A stretch of 54,072 nucleotides of DNA from a bacterium (GTDB lineage Bacteria > Patescibacteriota > Minisyncoccia > Phycocordibacterales > UBA12079): assembly GCA_018401295.1 (NCBI GenBank), contig JAGYLJ010000004.1, positions 1 to 54,072 of the forward strand. The letters are read 5' to 3'. A program made the position numbers and the translations under genes. The notes beneath the pieces are model-generated. The model did no database searches and was not told the origin of the DNA. It saw only the letters and a program-made list of their open reading frames with translations. This document shows, one piece after another, positions 26,958-36,432 of this stretch (positions are counted from its first letter, which is position 1; each line of letters opens with the position of its first letter).

Positions 26958-27431
26958 ATGGAAATAGGAATTTTATTTATAAGTGGCTTTGTAATCTTTC
27001 TTCTTTGGAAGATTGATAGCATTAAAAAAGTTGATTTAATAAAAAAAGATGAATATGTTAATGAATTGACGAAACATCCTGATTTATATCAGTCTTTTTT
27101 TGAAAAAATTGTGGGTGTCGCTAATAGTGAAGTTTGGGCTAGTTTAATTCTTAATCCTAAGTTTTTAACCTCTGATAAAAATGTTGTTATAATGAAAAAA
27201 GAAGAAGACAAAATTGGAAAAATTTATAAAGAAGCTACCAATAAAGGTCTTAATGAAACTGTTCTCATTATTTTATATTTACAATATGCGACATCAGATC
27301 CTTTGTTTGATCAAGGCAGAAGAGAGAGTGAGTGGGTTTCTGTTGTTATAAATAGACAAGAAATTGATTCTTTCCCTGATCATAATGCCATAGCAAGATA
27401 TCTGCAAAAAATAGATTATCTTGAAAAATAA
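26958..27431 (+). CDS. hypothetical protein with N-terminal TM anchor
   Basis: MEIGILFISGFVIFLLWKI, co-directional, 12 nt after hsdS. Confidence 0.5.
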   Translation: MEIGILFISGFVIFLLWKIDSIKKVDLIKKDEYVNELTKHPDLYQSFFEKIVGVANSEVWASLILNPKFLTSDKNVVIMKKEEDKIGKIYKEATNKGLNETVLIILYLQYATSDPLFDQGRRESEWVSVVINRQEIDSFPDHNAIARYLQKIDYLEK

Positions 27432-27494
27432 TTATGAGCAAACAAATAGACATCAAAAGATGTCCTGGGAAAATAAATTAAAAATAGATTTAAT

Positions 27495-27764
27495 ATGAAC
27501 GAAACACTCTTAATATTTATTATATTTATAATGTTGCCATTTGTATGGTTGATCATTAAGAAAGTAGAACATATGGAGTATGATAGGTTCGTTAAGGATT
27601 TGGAAAAAGCACAACAAATTGCTGATGGAAAAATTTTAGTAAGCAAAAAAGAATTGGATAAACTTTGTTCAAAAATTAAGTTAAAATTATATGTTCACCA
27701 ATACGATACAAAATATATGAATAAGGAATCGGCAGAAATCTTTTCTCAAGTTTGTTCTTTATAA
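27495..27764 (+). CDS. 89-aa protein with N-terminal TM anchor
   Basis: LLIFIIFIMLPFVWLII TM. Confidence 0.45.
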   Translation: MNETLLIFIIFIMLPFVWLIIKKVEHMEYDRFVKDLEKAQQIADGKILVSKKELDKLCSKIKLKLYVHQYDTKYMNKESAEIFSQVCSL

Positions 27765-27832
27765 AGTATAGATGGATTTGATGATTTTTAATTAGATGAT
27801 AATATAAAAAAACAGTTATAAATGAAATTATT

Positions 27833-28294
27833 ATGAGTAAGAGAGAAAAGAAAAATAAATTTCTAGAGCATCTTTCTTTAGAAGATAAGAAAAAAGCTGT
27901 AGACTCACAGCTTGATATATATAAATCTGCTGCTGAAAGAAAAATGGCAATTTTACCTCAGACAGCAGCTTTAACAGCAACTCTAATTATTGTTGCCACT
28001 TTAAATAAAAATTTAGTTCCTATAAACCTGATTGAATCAAAGGTGTTGTTATCTCTACTTTTGTTTCTTGTTCCTTTCGCCCTTCATATATATGCTTATG
28101 ATATAGAAAAATCTGGGTTTAATGCAGTTAAATCTATTAAGTCTTATCTTGGTGATGAAATTTTTAAAGATATTGAAAAAAATAAGTCATTTATAGATAA
28201 AGTGGTCGCATATTCGCCAATTTCAATTATTATCATTTTTGATTTAATAATCCTTTTCCTTATTTTTAAAATATGGATAGATCTAATTATGTAA
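27833..28294 (+). CDS. 153-aa membrane protein (3 TM)
   Basis: three hydrophobic helices, basic N-terminus. Confidence 0.5.
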   Translation: MSKREKKNKFLEHLSLEDKKKAVDSQLDIYKSAAERKMAILPQTAALTATLIIVATLNKNLVPINLIESKVLLSLLLFLVPFALHIYAYDIEKSGFNAVKSIKSYLGDEIFKDIEKNKSFIDKVVAYSPISIIIIFDLIILFLIFKIWIDLIM

Positions 28295-28357
28295 AAAAAT
28301 AAATTTAATTTAATTAAAGAAAGGAAATTTCTTTTGACATAGATTTACAAAAAAAAT

Positions 28358-28942
28358 ATGAAATGTTATCAATGTAACAACAATGCGATGTTTGAAGTTG
28401 GGCCACAAAAAATACCATTGTGTTTAAGTTGCAATACACTTTTTCAACAAGCCCTTAATAGACAAAATGAAATGTTGAGAGAAGAGATTAATTATATTCA
28501 AGATAGTGTTGACGCAATGTTTGGAATTAGAACAGGGGCTCGTTATCCTATTAAACAATCTGTGGTAGTTTCAGGCGGTACCGTGAATAACAACCATATC
28601 GCTATTAGTAATAGTCAAATAGGTATTCTTAACACTGGCACTATCCATAGTTTGAACCAGGTTATTGATAGCTTATACTCGACATCTCAAAAGGAATTGG
28701 CAGATGTATTAAAGAAATTCACTGAAACTATTTTGGCTGAGAATTCTCTTGCTAAGGATGAAAAAAGCGAGGTACTTGAAAGTTTAGATATAATTACAAA
28801 GGAACTCTATCAAAAGCCTGAAAATCGAAAAAAATCAGTCGTTAAAACTCTCATGATTGGTATTTCTAGTATGGTTGAAGTAACAGCAAACTCATTAACT
28901 GTCTGGAATATTTTGTCTCCATTACTTCAAAAATTTTTCTAA
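28358..28942 (+). CDS. 194-aa protein with N-terminal CxxC...CxxC zinc ribbon
   Basis: MKCYQCNN...CLSCN, remainder helical. Confidence 0.5.
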   Translation: MKCYQCNNNAMFEVGPQKIPLCLSCNTLFQQALNRQNEMLREEINYIQDSVDAMFGIRTGARYPIKQSVVVSGGTVNNNHIAISNSQIGILNTGTIHSLNQVIDSLYSTSQKELADVLKKFTETILAENSLAKDEKSEVLESLDIITKELYQKPENRKKSVVKTLMIGISSMVEVTANSLTVWNILSPLLQKFF

Positions 28943-29027
28943 TTATGAAAATAGCCAAAAATAAAAGTATCATAAAAAAAGCCCCTCAAAATGAATTGAA
29001 GGACTTTTTTAGATTATTTAATAATGT

Positions 29028-29609
29028 TTAACCTTTAAATTTTTGAATAGCTTCACTGGCTTCGATTCTGCTGAAGTCACTGATATTTGAAAGATAGCCC
29101 CTTCGCTCATCTTCATCGATATTACTGGAATCCAACAACTCTTGCAGATAAATTTTTTGTTTGGGAGTAATAGGTTCCGCCTTTTTCGCAACATACGCCT
29201 CTTCGATAAGGTCATCAGATTCTTTTTTGTTTGGATACAAGACGTCAGAAGTTTTAACTGTCTTGGCTACTGCGTCTAAAATTGCGGCATTAAAGGCATA
29301 GCGAACAGATCGTTCTATGTATCTATTGTTTTGATCTAAACAAGAAGTTCCTCTCCCTGTTCCGACAACTTTTTGCCCTATTTTTAGTAAACATAGAAAT
29401 GAAATTAAGCCAGGTGTTTTAAGTAAAGATAATGTTTCTTTGTCTTCTTCTATTGTTATATTAAGACTAAAGTTTCCAATATTCTTGTTTATCTCTTCTC
29501 GCACAGGATTTTTGGGATTTGAATAATCAAAGACCTTATCCTGCATCTTTTTATGAAAAGGAGATAAAGCACTTTTGTAATTTGAACGATAATTTGTTTT
29601 TGTTTCCAT
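29028..29609 (-). CDS. hypothetical protein
   Basis: 193-aa ORF, last gene of a three-gene minus-strand unit. Confidence 0.5.
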   Translation of the reverse strand: METKTNYRSNYKSALSPFHKKMQDKVFDYSNPKNPVREEINKNIGNFSLNITIEEDKETLSLLKTPGLISFLCLLKIGQKVVGTGRGTSCLDQNNRYIERSVRYAFNAAILDAVAKTVKTSDVLYPNKKESDDLIEEAYVAKKAEPITPKQKIYLQELLDSSNIDEDERRGYLSNISDFSRIEASEAIQKFKG

Positions 29610-29615
29610 ATTTTT

Positions 29616-29798
29616 TTAATTAATTTGTTTAGTAATAATAATTTGGTTATGTAAATAGTGAACTGTTATTTGATCACCAATTGAAAAACCACTTTTCCTT
29701 AAAAATTGGTTAGCTAAGGTTATCTTAGAAACAGATTGATAATCTCTTTTAACACCTGTTCTGTTTTGATAACCTACTGTCATTTGTTTTATTAACAT
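29616..29798 (-). CDS. SymE-family (AbrB-fold) toxin-like protein
   Basis: MTVGYQNRTG..DYQSVSKITLANQFLRKSGFSIGDQITVHYLHNQIIIT aligns with the SymE pattern TVsY..R...Y...P.ItLkG.WLe.aGF..G..v.V....g.ivLT. Confidence 0.65.
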   Translation of the reverse strand: MLIKQMTVGYQNRTGVKRDYQSVSKITLANQFLRKSGFSIGDQITVHYLHNQIIITKQIN

Positions 29799-29803
29799 CT
29801 TAA

Positions 29804-30127
29804 TTATTTGTCAGTGAGAGGTTCGACTGATTTGTAATAAAACAGATTGATCTTTTTGGGATAAGTTTCTATCACTTCTCCCTTATCATCCTTTTTCTCT
29901 ATGTAAGCAATGGTTTGCAAAGCCTTGCTACCTTTTTTAGGACGGTAACCTAAGCTAATCCATTTTGCGAAAGTGAAAGTCTTGTAGGGGTCATAATGTT
30001 TAACCTCTTTAGCTCCGTAGATGGTTCTAATTTGTTCTTTAACCATTTCTCTTGTCTTTTCTGATCCTTTGTAGGAAGAGATAATGGAATCATCTTCTAA
30101 GATCTCCTTAATACTTAATATGCTCAT
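29804..30127 (-). CDS. 107-aa protein, weak ArdC-N/ssDNA-binding-like motif
   Basis: start moved to ATG 30127 (MSILSIKE...). TFAKWISLGYRPKKGSKAL resembles the F..W..LGR.VkKGEKg motif of ArdC N-terminal domains. Confidence 0.35.
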   Translation of the reverse strand: MSILSIKEILEDDSIISSYKGSEKTREMVKEQIRTIYGAKEVKHYDPYKTFTFAKWISLGYRPKKGSKALQTIAYIEKKDDKGEVIETYPKKINLFYYKSVEPLTDK

Positions 30128-30478
30128 AATTAGTAGTTTGTTTAATGAATAAAAAGCACGAGAGACTAACTCGTGCTGTGAGAAGACTAATATCGACCTT
30201 GTCTTCATTAACTTAGTTTTAATTGTTTTGGATGTCGGGGGGGGAGTTGTTTGATTTAACATCCACCCATCAGAAAGAGATGTTAAGGTAACGGTATTAT
30301 CTGTGTCCGCGACTACTTTTTTGAAAAAGTTGGGGTTTTGAAAGAGAGGGACCTAAAAATTTTTCTCAAAAATTTTGAGGAAAATGGGCAGGTTGCGAGA
30401 TTAGATTAAACGGGATATTATTAAGATACAACTAAATATGACCTAACCCTTTTGAACTTCAAAAGGTATGGTTGAAAA

Positions 30479-30580
30479 ACACAAGCGAGATAAAAAACCT
30501 ATCATTAGGGCACTCGCTTGTGTTATACGGGGAAACCTGTATATGAGCTTCGGCTCTCCTAGTGGTAGGCTTTTTGTTTG
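30479..30580 (+). ncRNA. candidate ~100-nt structured small RNA or attenuator
   Basis: four consecutive hairpins. 30479-30523 is an 11-bp stem. 30524-30543 closes on a GAAA loop with a plus-strand-only G.U pair. 30545-30556 is GAGC-UUCG-GCUC. 30558-30569 is CCTA-GTGG-TAGG, followed by CTTTTTG. Confidence 0.4.
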
Positions 30581-30581
30581 C

Positions 30582-30601
30582 TACTAGATTAATACTAGTA
30601 G
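30582..30601. repeat. two TACTAG(A/T)(T/A) boxes upstream of gene 30629
   Basis: TACTAGATTAATACTAGTAG, same box as the 36433-36492 array. Confidence 0.6.
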
Positions 30602-30628
30602 TTTTATTTTTATGAATAAATTATTTTA

Positions 30629-31525
30629 ATGAAAACATATGATATCGAAAATAAAATAAAATCTTCTAAATGGAATGCTTTTTTGTTAAGACAAAAAGAT
30701 GTTGAGGAATATCTAGAAGACGGTAAATTTTCTCCGAGTGAAGGTTTTTTTTCTAGATTTTCTAAAATAAAAAAAGAGAATGATGCCAGAAGAAATAAAA
30801 GGATGGTTGATTTACTTACACCACGAATTATTGATGACAAAATAGAGTGGGAAGAATATGTAAAACATAATATAGTAAAACTAGACAAGGAAATTACTTC
30901 AATGATTATAGAGCCAATGAAGAATGTATTTAATCGTGAAGCATCTTTTATTTTTAAAGGTATAAAAGAAGATAACAATACAAAACTAAAAAAATTAGTT
31001 AATGAAGGCAAAATAGAATCGGGGGATATTGTGGCAATTTATCCAATTTCGGTTATTCAAAATGGAGTATCAAAAGGAGTGTTGTTTATAACAACAACAG
31101 GAATTTGTTTTGTTTCAATAAACGCAGGTAATAAATCCACAATTGCTCCTTATGCGGTAGCTAATGCTTTTGGTGGTTTAGGGGCTATTGCTATAGGAGT
31201 TTCTGCTATGGCATCAAAATACATTTCTCACTCTATTGAAAACTATAAAATGGATAAGGAGCAAAAAACAATCATTGAACTATCAGATAAATATTCACCG
31301 TGTCTTATTGCTAAATGTTTTGAGGATAGCCAATTTATTCCCTATAAAATGATTAATGCATTTATACATGGAACAAAAACGGAAAAAAATAAATTTGCAT
31401 TTATTTGCATATACCAAAATATTCAAAAGAAAGTTATCTTTGAAGTGGATCAAAATATAATGGATAAGGTTGTTAAAAATTTATCTGGAGATCTGCCCCC
31501 TAAAGCTAAAAAATATAAAAAATAA
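30629..31525 (+). CDS. hypothetical protein
   Basis: 298-aa ORF, Gly/Ala-rich hydrophobic segment AFGGLGAIAIGVSAMA. Confidence 0.55.
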   Translation: MKTYDIENKIKSSKWNAFLLRQKDVEEYLEDGKFSPSEGFFSRFSKIKKENDARRNKRMVDLLTPRIIDDKIEWEEYVKHNIVKLDKEITSMIIEPMKNVFNREASFIFKGIKEDNNTKLKKLVNEGKIESGDIVAIYPISVIQNGVSKGVLFITTTGICFVSINAGNKSTIAPYAVANAFGGLGAIAIGVSAMASKYISHSIENYKMDKEQKTIIELSDKYSPCLIAKCFEDSQFIPYKMINAFIHGTKTEKNKFAFICIYQNIQKKVIFEVDQNIMDKVVKNLSGDLPPKAKKYKK

Positions 31526-31529
31526 AATT

Positions 31530-32078
31530 ATGGGATTATTATATAATATGGCACTAAAAGGATTACTTAATCCTTTGATAAAAGAAAAAACTAAACTTAC
31601 TTATGAACAGCAAGAAAATATTAGTGAATATTGGATTTTTGTTGTGCCTTTTTTGAGACTATTTTTTCAAGGAATAATGAACGATGACAAATCTAAAGTT
31701 TTTTTAAAAGCATTAGCACAGTGTGATAAAAATATATTTAGAGAGATAGTTAATCTGTTTGTAATTTGGTTTTTTTATAATTTAGATAGAATAGTTTTAA
31801 GGGGGGTCAATGATTTATTTGATGAACAAAAATTAAGAACTTATCTTGTTAAAATTTGGTTTGTTGATTATGTTAATCTTCGCGAGATTACAGACTTACT
31901 TGATAATACAAAACTTGAAGAGAGACAACAAGTTTTTTGTAAATTAATTTTTGAAAAATTAAATAATCATGAATTGTTAGGTACTCTTATGGTGGTTTTT
32001 GTTTCTGCTCACATGTTTGGTAATTTAAAAATAGTATTGTCTTTAGATGAAGATAAGTTAACAAAAATTAGTTTTTAA
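31530..32078 (+). CDS. hypothetical protein
   Basis: start moved to ATG 31530 (MGLLYNMALKG), just after the upstream stop at 31525. Confidence 0.5.
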   Translation: MGLLYNMALKGLLNPLIKEKTKLTYEQQENISEYWIFVVPFLRLFFQGIMNDDKSKVFLKALAQCDKNIFREIVNLFVIWFFYNLDRIVLRGVNDLFDEQKLRTYLVKIWFVDYVNLREITDLLDNTKLEERQQVFCKLIFEKLNNHELLGTLMVVFVSAHMFGNLKIVLSLDEDKLTKISF

Positions 32079-32122
32079 TATAAAGCAATATTAAATTTAA
32101 AAACAATAATTAAGTAAAAAAA

Positions 32123-32332
32123 ATGACCACAAAAAAGTTCAAAATAATAACCATCTTAAGCAACTTAGCAGTTATAGTAGTTTTTGCATGGCTACTTATC
32201 ACAGATCCTTTTGAATCTACTTCAGGTGTTCTTCTCATCTTCATTGTTCTATCAATGTCTAATCTATACTTAATTTTGAAAGACGATGATTTTAAAGAAA
32301 GTAGGTTGTGTTTTTGGCGAAAAAGGAAATAA
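32123..32332 (+). CDS. 69-aa two-TM protein
   Basis: two hydrophobic helices. Confidence 0.45.
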   Translation: MTTKKFKIITILSNLAVIVVFAWLLITDPFESTSGVLLIFIVLSMSNLYLILKDDDFKESRLCFWRKRK

Positions 32333-32352
32333 AAAGGTAAGATATAAACATA

Positions 32353-33195
32353 ATGAAATTTAAACTATTTGACAGAGCAATGGATATAAAAATTATAAAA
32401 ATAATTATCGTTATCATTGTTTTAGTAGGTTGTTCTATTATCATTAAAGATGAAATTGTATGGCAATTTGGAAGTGATGATTATTACGATGATTCTTCCT
32501 ATTCCTCAGGCTATTCAGATTATCAAGATTGTAATGTAGCCAAGATAGATATTAAGAGCTTCATAGATGTAGAGAATTATGACGGAGAAAGCGTTTCTTC
32601 TAGCGAAGTAGTTTCTGCTATAGAGGATGCTAATTATTCTGAAAACATTCAAGGTCTTATCTTAGACATCGATAGTTATGGAGGTTTGCCTGTCTCAGCA
32701 GAAGAAATAGCTGATGCTTTAGTTCGTGCTGATATTCCAACAGTTGCTTTAATTAGAGGAACAGGTACTTCAGCTGCTTATTGGGCCTCTACTGGAGCAG
32801 ATGTCATCTTCGCTTCAGCTTTATCTGATGTAGGAAGCATTGGAGTTACTATTTCATATCTTGATAACGTAGCCCAAAATCAAATGGAAGGGCTTCATTT
32901 CAATCAATTAAGCACAGGCCAATACAAAGATATGTTAAGTTCAGATAAAACCCTCACTTATAACGAAAGACTTTTAGTTGAAAGGGATTTAGATATTACT
33001 TTAGATAATTTCATTCAAGCAGTTGCAGATAACAGAAACTTAGATATTGATAAGGTCAGATCTTTAGCAGACGGCTCAAGTTTTATGGGCCAAATGGCTC
33101 TTGATAATGGTTTAATAGATTATATTGGTAGTTTGTATGATGTTAAAGAATATCTCTCAAATTTAATAGGTGAAGAAGTGGTTATTTGTGAATAA
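32353..33195 (+). CDS. S49-family serine peptidase (SppA-like / prophage protease-like)
   Basis: N-terminal TM. RGTGTSAAYWASTGADVIFA (nucleophile Ser context), VGSIGV, GQYKDMLSS (general-base Lys context). Confidence 0.75.
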   Translation: MKFKLFDRAMDIKIIKIIIVIIVLVGCSIIIKDEIVWQFGSDDYYDDSSYSSGYSDYQDCNVAKIDIKSFIDVENYDGESVSSSEVVSAIEDANYSENIQGLILDIDSYGGLPVSAEEIADALVRADIPTVALIRGTGTSAAYWASTGADVIFASALSDVGSIGVTISYLDNVAQNQMEGLHFNQLSTGQYKDMLSSDKTLTYNERLLVERDLDITLDNFIQAVADNRNLDIDKVRSLADGSSFMGQMALDNGLIDYIGSLYDVKEYLSNLIGEEVVICE

Positions 33196-33402
33196 AACCT
33201 TTATTTTAGAACATAAATTGTAGGTTGTTTAACATTATAATGCATTATGTAGGAAGACATCTTTTGTTGCTAGATTTTTCTTGATTAACAATGTAGGGCA
33301 TTATGTGAGAAGGGTTTTTTTCGGATTTATCCGAAGGTGTGTTTGAACGTGTCTGGGGTTTTTGTATTGACCTCCTTAAATATTTTGTTATAGAATAAGT
33401 GT

Positions 33403-34119
33403 ATGGATGCATATACTAAAAGAGTACAAAATCAATTAAAGTGGTTTGTTGAAAAGATTTTGTCTTTAGAACCTATTATTTTTGAAATGTACGAAGAAGT
33501 TATTTTCTTTCCTTTTGATTTAGTGAAAGAACGTTCTGACCTATTTCCTTTAGGTAGATATGCTTCAGCAACTGATTTTCTAAATGAAGAAGACGAATAC
33601 GCTAGTTATTGTATAGAAATGTTAACACAGATTAAAAAAGATGTTTCTTTTTTAAATAAAGACTTGAAAGTTTTAGAATGGGATGAGGATGATGGTCGCT
33701 ATAGTTTGGGGAATATTTTTCTTATAGATAGTAAATTTAGACCAGTTTTTCAAGAATATCTTGAGTTTATGGAAAATAAAATAAGATCTACAAAAATTAT
33801 TAGTTTAAAAAATAAGAATATAGAATTTGATGATGTTGTCTCCTCTATTTTCATTGATGGGGTTGAATGTCCTTTGCCCCCGGCTAAAAATGAAGATTGT
33901 TTAGCTAAAGCTATGTTCAAAAGGGAAATTAATGAAACTGTTGACTGGTCTATCATTTATAAAGAAATGACAGGAAGTGAAGATGTTGTAGGAGAAGAAA
34001 AAAACCATAGAACTGTTAAAGATACTGTACGAAGAATAAACCAACGAGTAAAAAATAGATTTAAAACAAATGATGATTTAATTACTTGTGAGCTTAAGAT
34101 GGTAAGAAGAAATTTTTAA
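33403..34119 (+). CDS. hypothetical protein, possibly DNA-binding C-terminus
   Basis: 238-aa ORF behind TTGACC-17-TATAGA. Basic C-terminal TVKDTVRRINQRVKNRF segment. Confidence 0.5.
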   Translation: MDAYTKRVQNQLKWFVEKILSLEPIIFEMYEEVIFFPFDLVKERSDLFPLGRYASATDFLNEEDEYASYCIEMLTQIKKDVSFLNKDLKVLEWDEDDGRYSLGNIFLIDSKFRPVFQEYLEFMENKIRSTKIISLKNKNIEFDDVVSSIFIDGVECPLPPAKNEDCLAKAMFKREINETVDWSIIYKEMTGSEDVVGEEKNHRTVKDTVRRINQRVKNRFKTNDDLITCELKMVRRNF

Positions 34120-34142
34120 ATTGTTTTTATATAAAATCCTTA

Positions 34143-34178
34143 AGAGAGTGAGTCGCCAGTGACTCACTCTCTTTTTTA
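34143..34178 (+). terminator. Rho-independent terminator
   Basis: AGAGAGTGAGTC-GCCAGT-GACTCACTCTCT followed by TTTTTT. Confidence 0.75.
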
Positions 34179-34290
34179 TTAGGATAGCTTAAGAAGAATC
34201 TTAAGCTGATTTTTTTATAAAAATAGCAAACGAGATTTTTCTCTAACAAAGGTCGAAAAATATTATTAACAAATAATTAATTTAAAAAAA

Positions 34291-34548
34291 ATGAAAACAA
34301 TTAAAAACAACGACGAGTCAAAGAAAACTATAATTTTACCAGGCTTAAAAAATGATATTGAGGACATTAAGAAAAAAAGTTCTATTTCGGAGGATCTTAT
34401 TATTCTCCATTTTTATTCAGTTGAGAGTTCTCTCATATCAGGAGAGTTAACCTTAGACGACACTTTTATAAGTGGAATCGGTGACTTGCACGCTATCAAA
34501 CAGTATCTATCAGAAATAGCTGGTGAAGAAGTTGTGCTTTTTTGGTAG
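34291..34548 (+). CDS. 85-aa ORF whose C-terminus duplicates the S49 peptidase C-terminus
   Basis: LDDTFISGIGDLHAIKQYLSEIAGEEVVLFW versus LDNGLIDYIGSLYDVKEYLSNLIGEEVVICE of 32353-33195. Confidence 0.45.
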   Translation: MKTIKNNDESKKTIILPGLKNDIEDIKKKSSISEDLIILHFYSVESSLISGELTLDDTFISGIGDLHAIKQYLSEIAGEEVVLFW

Positions 34549-34580
34549 GTATCTCTTATTAGAAATTTAAGTAAAAAAAT

Positions 34581-34772
34581 ATGAAAACACTAAAAGTAAA
34601 AAAAATTTATAAAAAATATTCTCTGAAAGACACTTCTTTGTTCGGTAAAGAATTGAAAAAAGGAGATACGATGTTCGAAGTTATAAAGTATTTTGAAAAA
34701 CACAATCAAAGAAGAAATAAAGCTACTGACGACATCTTAAGGGCAATAGCAACAAAAATGGGAGCATTATAA
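34581..34772 (+). CDS. 63-aa basic hypothetical protein
   Basis: track ORF, no motif. Confidence 0.35.
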   Translation: MKTLKVKKIYKKYSLKDTSLFGKELKKGDTMFEVIKYFEKHNQRRNKATDDILRAIATKMGAL

Positions 34773-34842
34773 TTAAAAAAATCAGTGATTCTGTAAAAAA
34801 CAATGAGAAGAAGAAAGGATCACTAAAACTAATTCAAAAAAA

Positions 34843-35091
34843 ATGAAATCAATTAAAGCTCGTTACGAGCAGGTTAGGAGAAAACTTTCAGAATCTTACT
34901 CAACTTATATTTGTTTTTCTAGGACGATAGAAGGACAAAAATTTAGTTATGAATCTATAAGTAAAAACTTTAGTTTTTTGGTCGACAAAGATGATTACGC
35001 TAAAAATGAAAGAAACCAGATTTTAAGACACTTGCATTGTCTTTCAAATACCCTTGAGGAGCACGAGTTAGGGCAAAAAAATCGTTTATAA
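34843..35091 (+). CDS. 82-aa hypothetical protein
   Basis: track ORF, no motif. Confidence 0.35.
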   Translation: MKSIKARYEQVRRKLSESYSTYICFSRTIEGQKFSYESISKNFSFLVDKDDYAKNERNQILRHLHCLSNTLEEHELGQKNRL

Positions 35092-35246
35092 GAGCCTAAA
35101 ACACTGAAGGTCATAGATTGTGTTATGTCACTAGAAAGCACCATTAAAAATAGAAAAAATGCTGTAAAAACTGGTTTTGACATAAACCACTTGAATAAGG
35201 TTTTGATTTGAACAGATTATTAGAACTAAATTAAAAATAATTTATT

Positions 35247-35514
35247 ATGGAAGAAAAAATAAAAACACCGGAGGAGTATTTAAAACTCTTTCCTAATACG
35301 CGGCTTCGTTACCTTCATGATGTTAATAAAACAGTCATACAAGGTAAGTGACAAACTTGACATGTCGTGGAATGAAAAAGGATATGGGGTTTTCTTTACT
35401 GTTAATGGATTTCCACCTACAGGTAAAACAGACCAAGCCCATCTTTTATCTTTGAACGGTAATTATGTTGATTTTGATACAGATGATGCTTTGGAGATTT
35501 TAGAATGTTTGTAG
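35247..35514 (+). pseudogene. frameshifted, truncated primase-polymerase (AEP/prim-pol) gene remnant
   Basis: MEEKIKTPEEYLKLFP... (35247-35351), then a +1 frame gives KGYGVFFTVNGF...KTDQAHLLSLNGNYVDFD (the GxxFTxNxF ... hhhhDxD motif I region). Stop after ~65 aa. Confidence 0.5.
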
Positions 35515-36432
35515 AGTTATTTTATAAACAAAAAAGGGACTGTGTTATAATGGAAAAGTTAGTTAATTTGACTAACCAGGATGAAGAGTTATGTGAGCAT
35601 CTAGAAAACCTTTTCAAGATGTTCTCATAACTCGGGAACATCCTGAAAGGGTTTTTTATTTAAATAGTAACTTGCTTTCAAAAAAGTTTAAAACATTTAA
35701 ATTTACCCATTGAAAATTGAAAAATGTTTGAACCTCTGGACTCTTATCTAAAAGCCTTCGGGCCCAGTTCAAACTACATACAAAGAACCCTTTGCTGGAA
35801 GGTTGAGGTAATTCTTTAACAATTAGCGGTAATAAGAGAGTCCGTAGTGGCAAAGATACGGCAAGATTCGGACTTAAATCTTTAGACAATATAGCGAAGC
35901 ATTAAACAGGATCTTCTAATGTAATTTTTCTCAAACTATATTGAATGGGTTACAAATTGTAACCAAGTCACCAAGATTGATGTTTTTACATCACATCCTT
36001 CGTCGCCGAGAAAACTTAGACAGCGAAAAGGAAGAGGAACTATGATCCTCCTCAATAAAACACTGGAAATTTACTAGTCAATAGGTTGTACTAACAAAAT
36101 TGACCAAAAACACTGCTAATTGGACAAACCCGAAAAAAGGGAGTCATTTTTAAATTGTTTTATTTAAACCAATTTAATTTAGACCAATTTATCTTTTTTA
36201 GATGATTTGGTCTAAAAAAAGAATGGCCCTCCGGGCTTGTCCGTTCAAAGACTACTTAGAACTTAACAAGTAGCAAGTAAATGATTGATACAATGTTATA
36301 TTTTTGTAGTTTCTTGTTCGCAACTATCAAATGTATGTTTATTGTTAGTTGTTAATTTGAAATAATAAATAAGTTTTATATTAATGCATTATACATAATG
36401 TTTGGGCATATCTATTGGTTTATGGTCATTTA

